Part shown: in pieces, positions 28,786-38,871 of the stretch
Numbering within the stretch: position 1 is the stretch's first letter
Layout of the letters: the number at the start of each line of letters is the position of its first letter
Source of the DNA: Candidatus Obscuribacterales bacterium
GTDB lineage: Bacteria; Cyanobacteriota; Vampirovibrionia; Obscuribacterales; Obscuribacteraceae
Direction of reading: 5' to 3'
Length of the DNA: 64,000 bases
Assembly (NCBI GenBank): GCA_965228855.1
Contig: CBDDIJ010000003.1
Span: forward strand, 864,001-928,000
Position numbers and translations under genes: made by a program
The notes under the pieces: model-generated
What the model was told of the DNA's origin: nothing
Databases searched by the model: none
What the model saw: only the letters and a program-made list of their open reading frames with translations

Positions 28786-28920
28786 TGATGCGTTTGCATC
28801 CCCTGATTTGTCTGCATTCGCTCGTGTGTTTGCATTCCATGGCGTGTTTGCCTCAGCTGGTGTGTCTGCATCCGATGGTGTGTCTGCATCCGATGGTGTG
28901 TCTGCATCCGCTGGTGCCAT
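28786..28920. repeat. 18-bp tandem repeat, 7 units plus a partial unit
   Basis: Units start at 28786, 28804, 28822, 28840, 28858, 28876 and 28894; consensus TGGTGTGTCTGCATCCGA, degenerating leftwards. Confidence 0.9.
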
Positions 28921-28978
28921 CTTTTCGGTATAAACAGTCCTGTATTCTTGATATACTCCCGTGGAAGTGGAGAAAAAA

Positions 28979-30493
28979 ATGAAAATGCATCGTAAAAAGA
29001 CCGCGAGAGAAGTTGACGTTGTTTTGATAGGCGCTGGCATTATGAGTGCCACGCTGGCTTCGTTCCTGAAGCATTTGGATCCTAAGTTGACCATCGAGGT
29101 TTACGAAAAGCTTGATAAGGTTGCCGAGGAGAGTTCCAACGCCTGGAATAATGCAGGGACAGGTCACGCGGCGCTGTGCGAGCTTAACTATACGCCTGAG
29201 AGAAACGGAAAAATCGATATCTCGAAGGCGCTGGAGGTCAATACCGAATTTGATATCTCGAGGCAATTCTGGTCTTATCTGGTATCGCAGGGAGAAATCA
29301 AAGATCCAAAATCGTTTATCTATCCGGTCCCGCACATGAGCTTTGTGCGAGGCGCGGAAGATGTTTCATTCCTGAAGAAACGGTTTGAGGCGCTCTCGGC
29401 GCACCACTTGTATCGCGGTATGGAATTCACGCAAGATAAGACTGATATCGAAGAGTGGATTCCACTTGTTATGGAAGGGCGAAATTTTAACGAGGATGTT
29501 GCCGCGACGCGCATGGCGACCGGCACCGACGTGAACTACGGTGCGCTTACGAAATTATTGTTTGAATCACTTGTGACGAAGGATGGTTTTGCCATTCACT
29601 TGTCTCAACGTGTGGTGGACCTTGATCGAGAGGGTGCCAAGTGGAAGGTACAACTGCGCCATGAAACATTTGGGGAGCGTCAGGATGTGCTCGCCAAGTT
29701 TGTATTTATCGGTGCCGGTGGTGGCGCGATCCCCTTACTTCATAAATCTGATATCCCGGAAGCAAGAGGCTTTGCCGGATTTCCGGTGAGTGGTTTGTGG
29801 CTTCGTTGTGATAATCCCGCGCATACTGCGCGTCATAATGCGAAAGTCTACGGGAAGGCTTCGATTGGATCGCCACCAATGTCGGTGCCTCATCTTGATA
29901 GTCGACACATAGATGGAAACATTTCGCTTCTCTTCGGACCATTTGCCGGCTTCTCGACAAAGTTTTTAAAGCATGGGTCTTATCTGGATCTGTTCACATC
30001 CGTGGACCCGGACAATATTCTGCCACTACTGGCGGTGGGGCGAGACAATATGACGCTGACCGAATATCTTGTCGGTCAGGTTCTTGAAACCGACCACGAG
30101 CGCTTTCTTGCGCTGCGAGAATTTTATCCGAATGCCAGACCGCGAGACTGGAGACTTGAGGTCGCCGGTCAGCGCGTTCAAATTGTGAAGCGAGATCTTG
30201 AGCACGGTGGAATTTTGCAATTTGGAACAGAGGTGGTGAGTTCCGCTGATGGAACACTTGCTTCTCTCCTGGGAGCTTCTCCGGGTGCATCAGTTGCGGC
30301 ATGGATTATGTTGCGCGTTCTGGAGACTTGTTTCAAAACTCAGATGAATGACGGCTGGTCGAAAAGGCTAGCCGAAATGATTCCGTCTTATGGCAAGTCT
30401 ATTGCGGACGATCCGGCGCTCTGCGATAGAATTCGCTCTGAAACTGCCGCTGCACTCGGTTTGGATCAAGCAGTGCCTGCGATGACCCATTGA
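28979..30493 (+). CDS. mqo: Malate:quinone oxidoreductase
   Basis: [61 protein letters not shown]. Start uncertain (28961-28985). Confidence 0.96.
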   Translation: MKMHRKKTAREVDVVLIGAGIMSATLASFLKHLDPKLTIEVYEKLDKVAEESSNAWNNAGTGHAALCELNYTPERNGKIDISKALEVNTEFDISRQFWSYLVSQGEIKDPKSFIYPVPHMSFVRGAEDVSFLKKRFEALSAHHLYRGMEFTQDKTDIEEWIPLVMEGRNFNEDVAATRMATGTDVNYGALTKLLFESLVTKDGFAIHLSQRVVDLDREGAKWKVQLRHETFGERQDVLAKFVFIGAGGGAIPLLHKSDIPEARGFAGFPVSGLWLRCDNPAHTARHNAKVYGKASIGSPPMSVPHLDSRHIDGNISLLFGPFAGFSTKFLKHGSYLDLFTSVDPDNILPLLAVGRDNMTLTEYLVGQVLETDHERFLALREFYPNARPRDWRLEVAGQRVQIVKRDLEHGGILQFGTEVVSSADGTLASLLGASPGASVAAWIMLRVLETCFKTQMNDGWSKRLAEMIPSYGKSIADDPALCDRIRSETAAALGLDQAVPAMTH

Positions 30494-30594
30494 TATGGAC
30501 GACTTAGATCGTGCGTATCGACTCCTAGAAGACTGCTGCGTTAGAAACAAAACACGTTCACTTCTTATTCATTTCCGAGATGTATCATTAAATT

Positions 30595-31056
30595 ATGGGC
30601 TCTCGAAAAACACTCGTGTTCAAGTGCAGAATCGCGGCTTCGGCCGAGAAGGTTTTAAAATGGCATTTCTTGCCAGAAACAATCGATAAGCTCATCCCTC
30701 CTTGGGAGAACGTGGAGGTTGTTAAAGCTGCGACAGGTCCGGAGGACGGTCAACAAGCAATTTTTCGAATGCACTTGGGACCAAGTCATTTAGACTGGGT
30801 GGCAGAACATTGTAATTACATTGAAGGTCGGCAGTTCGCTGATAAGCAGCTGCGAGGACCATTTGCGTATTGGTTGCACACGCATATTTTTCACAAGCTT
30901 TCGGATAGTGAATGTGAACTGGAAGACCGCATTGAGTACGAGGTTCCATTGGCGCCACTGACGCAAATGTTTATAGGTGGATTTGTTCGTTCGAAAATCG
31001 AACGGATGTTCGCTTACCGACATAAGGTGACAAAAACCGAATGTGAAAAGCTGTAG
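30595..31056 (+). CDS. SRPBCC/START-like family protein
   Basis: LIPPW, F.D.Q..GPF..W.H.H.F and F.YRH motifs. Confidence 0.85.
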   Translation: MGSRKTLVFKCRIAASAEKVLKWHFLPETIDKLIPPWENVEVVKAATGPEDGQQAIFRMHLGPSHLDWVAEHCNYIEGRQFADKQLRGPFAYWLHTHIFHKLSDSECELEDRIEYEVPLAPLTQMFIGGFVRSKIERMFAYRHKVTKTECEKL

Positions 31057-31078
31057 ACCGCAGGACTCTGTGTAGGTC

Positions 31079-31630
31079 TCAGCCCTCGCTCTTTACGAGC
31101 TTTGACACATCAAATCCTTCGGCTTTGGCTTTATCCACCATGGCATCGTATATGGTGCTATCCATATTTTTGTCTCGTGAAAGAATCCACAGATACTTCC
31201 GTGATGGTTCACCCACCAGTGCGTGTCTATAATTTTCATCGACGGAGATGACCGTATAATTGGCCCAAACGAATGGTATGAAGCGAAGCATCTTAGGTGC
31301 GAACGTAACTCGTAACGTGACTTCGGGGTCGGTGGCGACGTTCGCTAAGCCTGTAGCGACCTCAATCTTTCCACCTTTCTGCTTGCAACTGTTTCTTACA
31401 ATGATTTGATTGGCGCTCGTGACTTCGTATTCCGCAGTCACATCGCTCTCGCATTTTCTCTCGAACCAGTTAGGGAACCTTGCTATTTCGTACCACTTGC
31501 CTGAATACTTCGAGAGATCGATGTCTTTTCTCGCTATGAGCTTTTTCAAAGCTGCGCGGCTAGGCTGAGCACAGGCCACTGCGAGCAGAGTAAGTGCAGT
31601 TACGGCTAGAATGATCTTAGTTACTTTCAT
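31079..31630 (-). CDS. Bacterial lipocalin (Blc-like)
   Basis: YSGKWYEIAR, YLWILSR; N-terminal signal or lipobox-like sequence. Confidence 0.9.
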   Translation of the reverse strand: MKVTKIILAVTALTLLAVACAQPSRAALKKLIARKDIDLSKYSGKWYEIARFPNWFERKCESDVTAEYEVTSANQIIVRNSCKQKGGKIEVATGLANVATDPEVTLRVTFAPKMLRFIPFVWANYTVISVDENYRHALVGEPSRKYLWILSRDKNMDSTIYDAMVDKAKAEGFDVSKLVKSEG

Positions 31631-31694
31631 GCATGCAATTATATACTTGATACGAAAGTCTGTCAGACGGTTGCGACTGGGTTCCGTCGCAAAT

Positions 31695-32219
31695 TTACCG
31701 GCTGAAGTAAAACCACAGAAGTGCAGCCGTAAAGACTATGCATGCCATGCCTATTGCCGCGCCATTATTTCCGTTCGGGTGCGGTCTCTCTGAAAGCTCT
31801 CGCTCGCAGGTGGCACCATCCATAGTGGCAGCCTCAGCGACCAAAATGTCATTTGAAAAGTGCCCAGCTGCTCTGTCTCTTGCCTGTCGTACTTGCTTCT
31901 TTGTATAAGCTCGTTCGACCTCTGATTCCAGCGAATCAAGTTTGTCTTCCAGCAATTTTATTTTGGCTCTAGTTTTCGCAAGCTGTTCGAGAATCGTCGC
32001 TGATTGAGACCCTGAAGCTTGTGCGTCTTTGAGTTGTTGCGAAAGTTGTAATTCGAGGCTGCGAGTCGCGGCTAACTCTTTGCGCGTCTCAATTAACTCG
32101 ACCTGAAGTTGGTCGTAGGTTTCCTCAAGCATCATCCGGGGGTCTTCGACTTTGCCAAGAAGTGCAGACACCATGGCTTTGATGACGGATTTGAAGACAG
32201 TTGTACTTCTAGAAAACAT
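31695..32219 (-). CDS. PspA/IM30-like protein with C-terminal TM helix
   Basis: LLGKVEDPRMMLE followed by a coiled coil; hydrophobic C-terminus. Confidence 0.6.
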   Translation of the reverse strand: MFSRSTTVFKSVIKAMVSALLGKVEDPRMMLEETYDQLQVELIETRKELAATRSLELQLSQQLKDAQASGSQSATILEQLAKTRAKIKLLEDKLDSLESEVERAYTKKQVRQARDRAAGHFSNDILVAEAATMDGATCERELSERPHPNGNNGAAIGMACIVFTAALLWFYFSR

Positions 32220-32353
32220 CGGGACCCAGAGCTCATTGGGATTAAACTTACGCAGACTTCTATCCGCCAGTCTATCATGGACCCCATAAATAAGCCTTTC
32301 TAAAGCTGCGACGCGGCGACGAATATGCGGCTAGCTGCTAATGAATTCAGTCA

Positions 32354-32779
32354 CTACGCGCAGTGGCGTCTATATTCGTGTGTGTGATTGGCGTAAAAGG
32401 TTTCGAGCAATGGAATAAATTCTGGTGTGACGAGAAACAGCGCTTCACGCAGCGAGACAAATTTCGCTGAGCCGTCTTGCGGGATTCTAAGTTCGCAGGA
32501 ATGAACGTCGCGCATGTAGCCCATGATCTTGCTGTCTGCAGTCTGACGAGACTGACCCAGATAATTGAGCGTCGTAGGTAATGTGAGTTTTGATTTTGCA
32601 GCTATCGACTTCACTGTGTGTGCGACGTTGGGCGAATTGCTGTTGTCGTGGGGCAGATCCCACTTTTCGTCTTCGTTCTTCATCACTAAAACTTCGGTAG
32701 ACCAGCCAAGCTGCCGGTATAAAATTATTGCGGAGGTCCTGGTCATACTAATTGGCTCCCTGTGACTCGCGGCTGTCAC
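32354..32779 (-). CDS. Hypothetical protein, degenerate NUDIX-like
   Basis: SAIILYR...EVLV...KWDLP and FVSLREA resemble a NUDIX scaffold; the Nudix box is absent. Confidence 0.5.
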   Translation of the reverse strand: MTAASHREPISMTRTSAIILYRQLGWSTEVLVMKNEDEKWDLPHDNSNSPNVAHTVKSIAAKSKLTLPTTLNYLGQSRQTADSKIMGYMRDVHSCELRIPQDGSAKFVSLREALFLVTPEFIPLLETFYANHTHEYRRHCA

Positions 32780-32796
32780 CGCGAGAAGAATGAGAA

Positions 32797-32982
32797 CTAC
32801 GCGCAGTCTTGCGGATAGAAGATGATGACGTTGCTGTTGCTTACGTCAGCTGAACCAGAACGTTTTGCTCTTCGCGCCGCTAAAGAGTTGTCTACGTTAT
32901 TTGCACGCACTTGCGGTATTGGTTGCTTGGTTGCGAAATCAATTACGTTGTTGTCGGCAAACAATTGGATTACGTTGGACAT
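32797..32982 (-). CDS. Small hypothetical protein (61 aa) with three NVIx(x)F motifs
   Basis: Strong AGGAG RBS before ATG 32982; NVIQLF, NVIDF and NVIIF. Confidence 0.6.
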   Translation of the reverse strand: MSNVIQLFADNNVIDFATKQPIPQVRANNVDNSLAARRAKRSGSADVSNSNVIIFYPQDCA

Positions 32983-33355
32983 TTGGTTTATCTCCTCTCG
33001 ATGTAGAAAATATACCACGTCCAGTAGAAAATGCAATACAGTTTATTCGTAAATTGTAGTATTTAATCTTCTCTGGTCTTGAAGGACTGGTAAGAAGGCC
33101 CAGTGGGGGGATGGTTTGCGCGATTTCGCGGGCTGTATTCTTGAGACTACAGGTGAGGCTGGAAATCTCAAGGCAAAGATTGGCGAAGGTTTTGCTCGGC
33201 AACACCTGAGCTGTCCAGTCTCGGTGGCGATAATGCGCGCTCACCAGCAGCGCGCTCGCCGTCGTGTGCGCTAGCCAGCAGGCGCACCTTTTGCAAGTTT
33301 TAAATTCAATGGTCTACTTATATATAGGTTCAGCGACAAGGAACCCACGAAAGCG

Positions 33356-33386
33356 AAAAGAGAGGTCGTCAAAATCCGACCTCTCT
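33356..33386 (-). terminator. Intrinsic terminator of paralog B
   Basis: Minus strand AGAGAGGTCG-N8-CGACCTCTCT followed by TTT. Confidence 0.75.
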
Positions 33387-33417
33387 CTATCTGATTCCGT
33401 TAGTGGAGGCAATGTCT

Positions 33418-36400
33418 CTAGTTCAATGCGACCACACGAGGTTTCACTTGCAATTCATAGTTGCCGTTGTTGATGTGCATGAGAACTGCTGCGGTTTTCG
33501 TAAGCTTCGAAGCGAGCCTCTGTGTGTCCCTGTCTTTTGCCGAAAACATTGCCTTGAGCGGTTTTACCGTCGAGAATGCTGACGGTAACGAGAACTCAGA
33601 GCAAAAGACGGTTGCGCCATTTTGCTTTTCGACTCGCTGAATGTTTCGGTGCGGAATGGCTTCTAGCTGATTTACGTCAGTGAAGCTATCAGCGAGACTC
33701 TTGGATAAAGTTACGTGTTTGCCCGGAAGAAGTGCAATACGTTTCCCGTTCGTGACCAAACTGACACCGCCTGCATCATGCAGATTGTAGACTGACAGAT
33801 GCGCTTTCCCTGCGGACATAAGCACTACCGAACCCGCTGTGAGCTTCACCGTTCCGAAGTTCGACTCAATACTCATGTCTTTTGACGCGATAAAGAGCTT
33901 GTTGCCCTCGGATATCGCGCTACTGTCAGGCTCTACAGTGACAACATCCGCATCATATTCCAACGTCGATGGTCTTTGCAGAGATATGCATGTTTGAGAT
34001 CCTCCGAACTTCGATAACGATGTCGACACCATGGTCTGATTCTTGTTTGCTGTGATGACATTAGAGTTAGCCGCTAAGGCGTCTACTTCCATAAGGTTAA
34101 TTGCTTGAGTTGCTGCCGACATCAATGCATTGGTTTCAGGCAATGTGAGCATAGCTAGAACGGGCTGCGGCGTGGTATCGCTATTGATACCAGTTTTTTC
34201 GCCTTGGTCGTATGAGACGAAGAAGGTTGGAGTTCCTTCAATTACCGGCGGGTCCGCTGTGACCGTGACGTCGCCGTTGAATGTCATGTTGCCCGCTTTT
34301 GTGCCATTGTTCACGAATATATCTGCACCTTTCAAAACAAAATTGTTTGTCGGCGCTTTGGTTTTAAAACCGTTTCCAGTGAAGAAGGCACTGCCGCCGG
34401 CACCAGATACGGTGACATTATCAACGGGCGTGAATGTGTTGACAGATGTTGGACCAAGTGAAATCAGGATGTCACCATCGCTCGCGCTCATTGTACCGAT
34501 ATCCGCCCCTGCCGCAAAAATCATCTTTCCTTTCACATTCGGGTTAACTAATCTAAGGCTTTCGGTCGCTTGAATCGTGCCTGCGATCGTTAATGTTCCG
34601 CCAGCAATTTCGATGTCTGTTGCGTTTGCTGAAGAGTTTGTGAGACCCGTGAACGTGAGTGAACCAGCGCCGCGAATATTTATATCTGCGCCAGCATTGA
34701 TGCCGGTGAAGGTGGCGCCTTTCTTGGCGTCTAGCATATTCAAGAATGCGCCATTGGAAGAGTTGACTTCTACCTCTTTTATTCCCTGGATTGCGAACCG
34801 ATTGCCTGCGTTGGCGCCCACATTACCGTTGTCGGTAATCAGCACCAGTCGCTGGGCAGCGAAGCCGCCCAGGAATTGAGTATTTGTTATGTCTCCGGTA
34901 GCGGTTTGGAGCAGCAGTTGATCTCCAGCGATGATTTGATTCATCTGGAAGAACGTGTTGGCATAGAGACTTACGTTACCGCCAGCTTCGATAATTTGTT
35001 CTCCACCGGATGAAGTCATTACCCGACCCGGTGCCGTGATGGTGATATTACCGCTGCTCTTTGCTCCGTTGACCAACAAGCCACCAGTTCCGACGACTTC
35101 CACGTTGACTCTCTGACCGCCAGATGGAATTCGAAGCGTCTCGGTGTCGACTTTTATAGGCGCACCTTGAGCGCCGACGCTACCCTTATCGGCAGAGAGT
35201 TGTATGGAACTCGTGCCAGTAGCGCTTGCTGTGATCGCCGGTGCAGTTGCACTTTGAATAATAGAGCCAAGCGCGCTTATACCTACATCTACACGACCAG
35301 TGATGGCTCCTTCGATAAAGACGTCTCCGCCTGTTATTCCAACGCTCGCTCGACTGTTTATACTGGTCGCGTCAGCTATTGTTATACCGCCGTTTCGCTC
35401 TCCTAATGCAGTGAGTATTGAATTACTTACTCTCTGTCCGAGTGCGTTGTACTCGATTGGAATCTTTTTAATTGGGTTGTAGATCTTGGTCACATTTATT
35501 GAAATGTTGCCACCGCTGCCGGTACCGCCACTCGTGTCAATATTTCCGGTGCGGATTGCCTCGCCTTCGCTCGCGGATGCGAGAATCGTGATATCGCCAT
35601 TCGTGCCGATGAAGCCGCTGCCACCGGTACGCAGTGTTGCTCCGTCGATGAGAATTTTACCGGTCCCGTCTCCTTTCTTGGCTTCAAATGCAGACATGTT
35701 GATGTCTGCGCCATCGGTTGATCCTACCGGAGTTAGTGATGAACGCGCGGCTACAGTTACATTGTTACCAAGGTCGATGTTTCCTCCGGCAATTTTTTCA
35801 CCGAGCAGATTTGTAGTCTTGGAAGCTTTGCCTGTGAGAACAACTCCGCCTGGATTCGCTACTGTAGGTGGATTGGGTGAGTCTGATGAAGCTCCGGTGG
35901 GCGTGAACCCAGCTCCGGCTATAAATGTTATGTCGTAACCGGTGTTTACTCCATTCCCTGCGACGATGCTTATATTGTCGACACTCGTGATGTTGCCGGC
36001 AGCGACGAACACAAGCGCTTCTGCGACACTTATGTTGCCATCGATGTTGATATCACCTCTGGTATTGTAATAGGTCGGGTCGCCTGTCAGGCAAACCTCT
36101 CCGATGTTCAATACATCTGTTTGTGCTAAGACGTGAGCTGCCGTTCCAGTCTGGTTAACGGTAGCAGTGAGTGCATTTACGGCTACATCGACTGTTCCCA
36201 GTCCCGAGTTCAAGTTTAATTGCTTGCTGAACAAATCGCCGCCACTGATAGTCGAATTGAACGCATCTGCATACGAGTTGTCTCGGACGTTTATAGCGTT
36301 GCCGGCAGTAAGAGTTCCTCCACTATTATTCACTGTCAGTGCAAAACCGCTCGCGCCGTTTAAATTCAGATTTGCTCCTGTGGCAATTGAGCCACTGTTG

Positions 36401-37359
36401 TTCACACTTGCAGATGTGATGTTCACATCTCCTTTCGCGTTGACGATTCCGCTATTGTTTACTGCACCGCCTGCGGTGAGCGTCAATGACTCCTGTGACG
36501 ATATTGTGCCAGTATTGTTCAGGTTACCTGACGCGTCCAGAGTAAGAGCAACTGAGGAAGTAATGTTGGCACCGCTGAAGTTGTTAATGTCTTCTGCGCT
36601 AATTGTTCCGCCGCGTACCGACTTGCTGCTGGAGTCGGCGTGGACGGTTCCATAATTGTCGAGGTCTCCAAGCAATCGAAAATCGGAACGCTTGCCGAAA
36701 TCACCATATGTGGTGACGTCTTTTGCAACGACCAGGTTGCTTGCGCGCATCACGTCATTGTCTTGAGTTAGAGCGCTCAGATCCACCGTGCCACCGGTCG
36801 CACGCCCGGTCTTCTCGAGGACTAACTGTTGTGAGCCGCTCTCGATGACCTGTTTTACGGCGACATACTCGGCTGCCGAAACCTGGCTGCCGGCGCTCAA
36901 GGTTTTTGTATCGTTGCCAATTTTAATTTGAATCGACGATTGACCCTGGAACAGATCGCTGCCTAGCGTTATGTTTTTGACATTAGAGGTGAGGTCAAGG
37001 TCAATGCCGCGCTCAAGGCGGATCATGCGACCCGACTCAGCAAGTTGCTTTGAGTGGTTGAGAGTGCGAGTATGAACAGATGCTGAGCCAAATGCGGCGT
37101 TTGCGCCTGGCGATGCTGCTGGCGTCAGCTGCGGTATGCTAATTGTCGGCACCGGGGCGTTAGTTCGCGTTTTTGTCTCGCCTCTTAACTGCTGAAACAT
37201 CTCCCGAGCTTCGCGTCGCTGAATGTCAGGATTTTGCTGCCTGAATTCTCTGAAGTTCACACCATCTTTTGCATGCGCCATACTCGTCGAGGCGAGTAAA
37301 AGTGTTCCAGCGATCCCGATAGTCCAGGCTCTGGATTCCCTCGAATAGTTCGAATTCAT
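33418..37359 (-). CDS. Secreted G/T/N-rich exoprotein, paralog B (~1313 aa)
   Basis: Signal peptide ending in AHA; shared IDLDLTS..NITLG, CLTGDPTYYN, TADPP and EFSLPSA...VKPL...KPRVVALN blocks. Confidence 0.85.
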   Translation of the reverse strand: MNSNYSRESRAWTIGIAGTLLLASTSMAHAKDGVNFREFRQQNPDIQRREAREMFQQLRGETKTRTNAPVPTISIPQLTPAASPGANAAFGSASVHTRTLNHSKQLAESGRMIRLERGIDLDLTSNVKNITLGSDLFQGQSSIQIKIGNDTKTLSAGSQVSAAEYVAVKQVIESGSQQLVLEKTGRATGGTVDLSALTQDNDVMRASNLVVAKDVTTYGDFGKRSDFRLLGDLDNYGTVHADSSSKSVRGGTISAEDINNFSGANITSSVALTLDASGNLNNTGTISSQESLTLTAGGAVNNSGIVNAKGDVNITSASVNNSGSIATGANLNLNGASGFALTVNNSGGTLTAGNAINVRDNSYADAFNSTISGGDLFSKQLNLNSGLGTVDVAVNALTATVNQTGTAAHVLAQTDVLNIGEVCLTGDPTYYNTRGDINIDGNISVAEALVFVAAGNITSVDNISIVAGNGVNTGYDITFIAGAGFTPTGASSDSPNPPTVANPGGVVLTGKASKTTNLLGEKIAGGNIDLGNNVTVAARSSLTPVGSTDGADINMSAFEAKKGDGTGKILIDGATLRTGGSGFIGTNGDITILASASEGEAIRTGNIDTSGGTGSGGNISINVTKIYNPIKKIPIEYNALGQRVSNSILTALGERNGGITIADATSINSRASVGITGGDVFIEGAITGRVDVGISALGSIIQSATAPAITASATGTSSIQLSADKGSVGAQGAPIKVDTETLRIPSGGQRVNVEVVGTGGLLVNGAKSSGNITITAPGRVMTSSGGEQIIEAGGNVSLYANTFFQMNQIIAGDQLLLQTATGDITNTQFLGGFAAQRLVLITDNGNVGANAGNRFAIQGIKEVEVNSSNGAFLNMLDAKKGATFTGINAGADINIRGAGSLTFTGLTNSSANATDIEIAGGTLTIAGTIQATESLRLVNPNVKGKMIFAAGADIGTMSASDGDILISLGPTSVNTFTPVDNVTVSGAGGSAFFTGNGFKTKAPTNNFVLKGADIFVNNGTKAGNMTFNGDVTVTADPPVIEGTPTFFVSYDQGEKTGINSDTTPQPVLAMLTLPETNALMSAATQAINLMEVDALAANSNVITANKNQTMVSTSLSKFGGSQTCISLQRPSTLEYDADVVTVEPDSSAISEGNKLFIASKDMSIESNFGTVKLTAGSVVLMSAGKAHLSVYNLHDAGGVSLVTNGKRIALLPGKHVTLSKSLADSFTDVNQLEAIPHRNIQRVEKQNGATVFCSEFSLPSAFSTVKPLKAMFSAKDRDTQRLASKLTKTAAVLMHINNGNYELQVKPRVVALN

Positions 37360-37550
37360 TTTTGCTTTTCCCCCGAAAAACACCAGCCGCGAACGCGACA
37401 AATTTGCAACCAGGCAAAACCTGGTAGAGGGGGAAGTATACAACGCTAGCTCATGCGAATTCTGTGCGTCGGCCTGCCTCTGTGTGCATCTGGCTACAGT
37501 TCATCTGATGAACTGCACGCAGGTAGCCGACTTCAGAAGTAGATAAATTG

Positions 37551-37588
37551 AATCGGCGGAATTCAGTGGTGATCGGATTCCGCCGATT
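37551..37588 (-). terminator. Strong hairpin downstream of 37618-38871 and upstream of paralog B
   Basis: AATCGGCGGAAT-N14-ATTCCGCCGATT; the U-tract is weak. Confidence 0.55.
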
Positions 37589-37617
37589 GAATGAACGCTT
37601 GCTGTTTAATCCGTGCT

Positions 37618-38871
37618 CTAGTTGATAGGTGGATTGAAGATGTCGAATCTCGGCAGGTTATCTACCGCCGAATTGCCGGTTTTGGTATCTGAAGGGCGAA
37701 ATGCGCTCAAGGGAGGCGTGTTTTGCTGAGGAGCGCTGGTGGGTGGGGTGTTTTGCACATTTGTGCGGTCTGACCCCGTGGTGGTTGAGTCTTTGGGTGC
37801 GGCTTCAGGTTGAGTCGGTTGAGTTTCGCCTGGTGCCGGGATGTCGGGGCGTTGTTGGGGGGCGTTGTTCGCTTCCGGTGTCCTGGTAGGCGCTTCGGTG
37901 GTTGGGCTACCGTCTGACGGCTGTGTGGGCTGGTTTTGAGGCGTGTCGGTGTGAGCCTCGGGATGACTAGCTTCCGGCGAGGATGGCTGAGTTGGCGACT
38001 CCTGTGTACCGTCTGGCTTCACATCACCTGATGGATTCTGGCTTGTTGCTGCGGCTGCGGCTTCCGGAGCGGTTTGTTCCGGCGGTGTGTTTTGTGCTGC
38101 TGTTTCCGCTCCTGATGTCGTTGGTGCGTCGGGTGCGGGTTGTCCGGGTCCGTCTTGCGTTTCTTTCCTGTCGGCAGCTTGTTGGCTTGACTCAGATGGA
38201 GTTGCAGTCCCGGGCGTCAGTGGGGCATCTGTAGGTTGTGAGCCGTCCGACTGCTGAGTGCTGGGCGAATTGTCGCCGAGCGATGGTGCAGATTCAGGGC
38301 TGCTCTGTTGCGGGCTGGAATTCGGTTTGTCAGACCCTTCGGTCGTCGCCGATGGATCTTTGGGCGCGTCGGGGGACGCTGACGGCTTACCCGGATTTTC
38401 TGCGGGAGTGTCGGTAGTGGTGTCTGACTTTGGCGCCTCCGGGGCACCCTCAGCTGGTGCCTCACCAGGCGATGGTTTGCTTGGGGACTCGGAAGATTCG
38501 CCCTTGTTGGGTTCTGATGGAGCTTCTGGGCTCGACGGCTTAGTGCCGTCCTCATTCGTGCTGTCACCGTTACTTGGCGGGTTGGTATCGCCAGTCGGAC
38601 CTTGCTGGTCGGTACCGGAGTTCGCGGCCGTCTGGGCATCGGTGCCTGGAGTAGCAGGAGATTCCGGACCCATGTCTAGTTGCAAATCCGGCACTGTTCC
38701 TGCTTGAACTTCCTTCGCAGTTGCAGTTTGGCTCTCGGCTGCTCTGTCTGCACCTGTCTGGGTGGATGCTGAAAAGTTTGAAAAGTCTTGGAGATTCGAA
38801 CTGGTGTTATCTGTGGGGCGGGTTGATTCAGGCGCCTTTTCGAAGGCTCCGACGTGTTCGGTCGATCCCAT
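37618..38871 (-). CDS. Pro/Ser/Thr/Gln-rich, likely intrinsically disordered protein
   Basis: 417-aa open frame with almost no hydrophobic residues except near the termini. Confidence 0.7.
   Translation of the reverse strand: MGSTEHVGAFEKAPESTRPTDNTSSNLQDFSNFSASTQTGADRAAESQTATAKEVQAGTVPDLQLDMGPESPATPGTDAQTAANSGTDQQGPTGDTNPPSNGDSTNEDGTKPSSPEAPSEPNKGESSESPSKPSPGEAPAEGAPEAPKSDTTTDTPAENPGKPSASPDAPKDPSATTEGSDKPNSSPQQSSPESAPSLGDNSPSTQQSDGSQPTDAPLTPGTATPSESSQQAADRKETQDGPGQPAPDAPTTSGAETAAQNTPPEQTAPEAAAAATSQNPSGDVKPDGTQESPTQPSSPEASHPEAHTDTPQNQPTQPSDGSPTTEAPTRTPEANNAPQQRPDIPAPGETQPTQPEAAPKDSTTTGSDRTNVQNTPPTSAPQQNTPPLSAFRPSDTKTGNSAVDNLPRFDIFNPPIN

Noticed and set aside
28786..28920. Possible CRISPR array
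   Set aside because: Units are contiguous 18-mers with no unique spacers, and no cas genes are present.
37410..37425. c-di-GMP-I-like GGCAAAACC hairpin
   Set aside because: Wrong strand for paralog B, and the rest of the consensus is missing.
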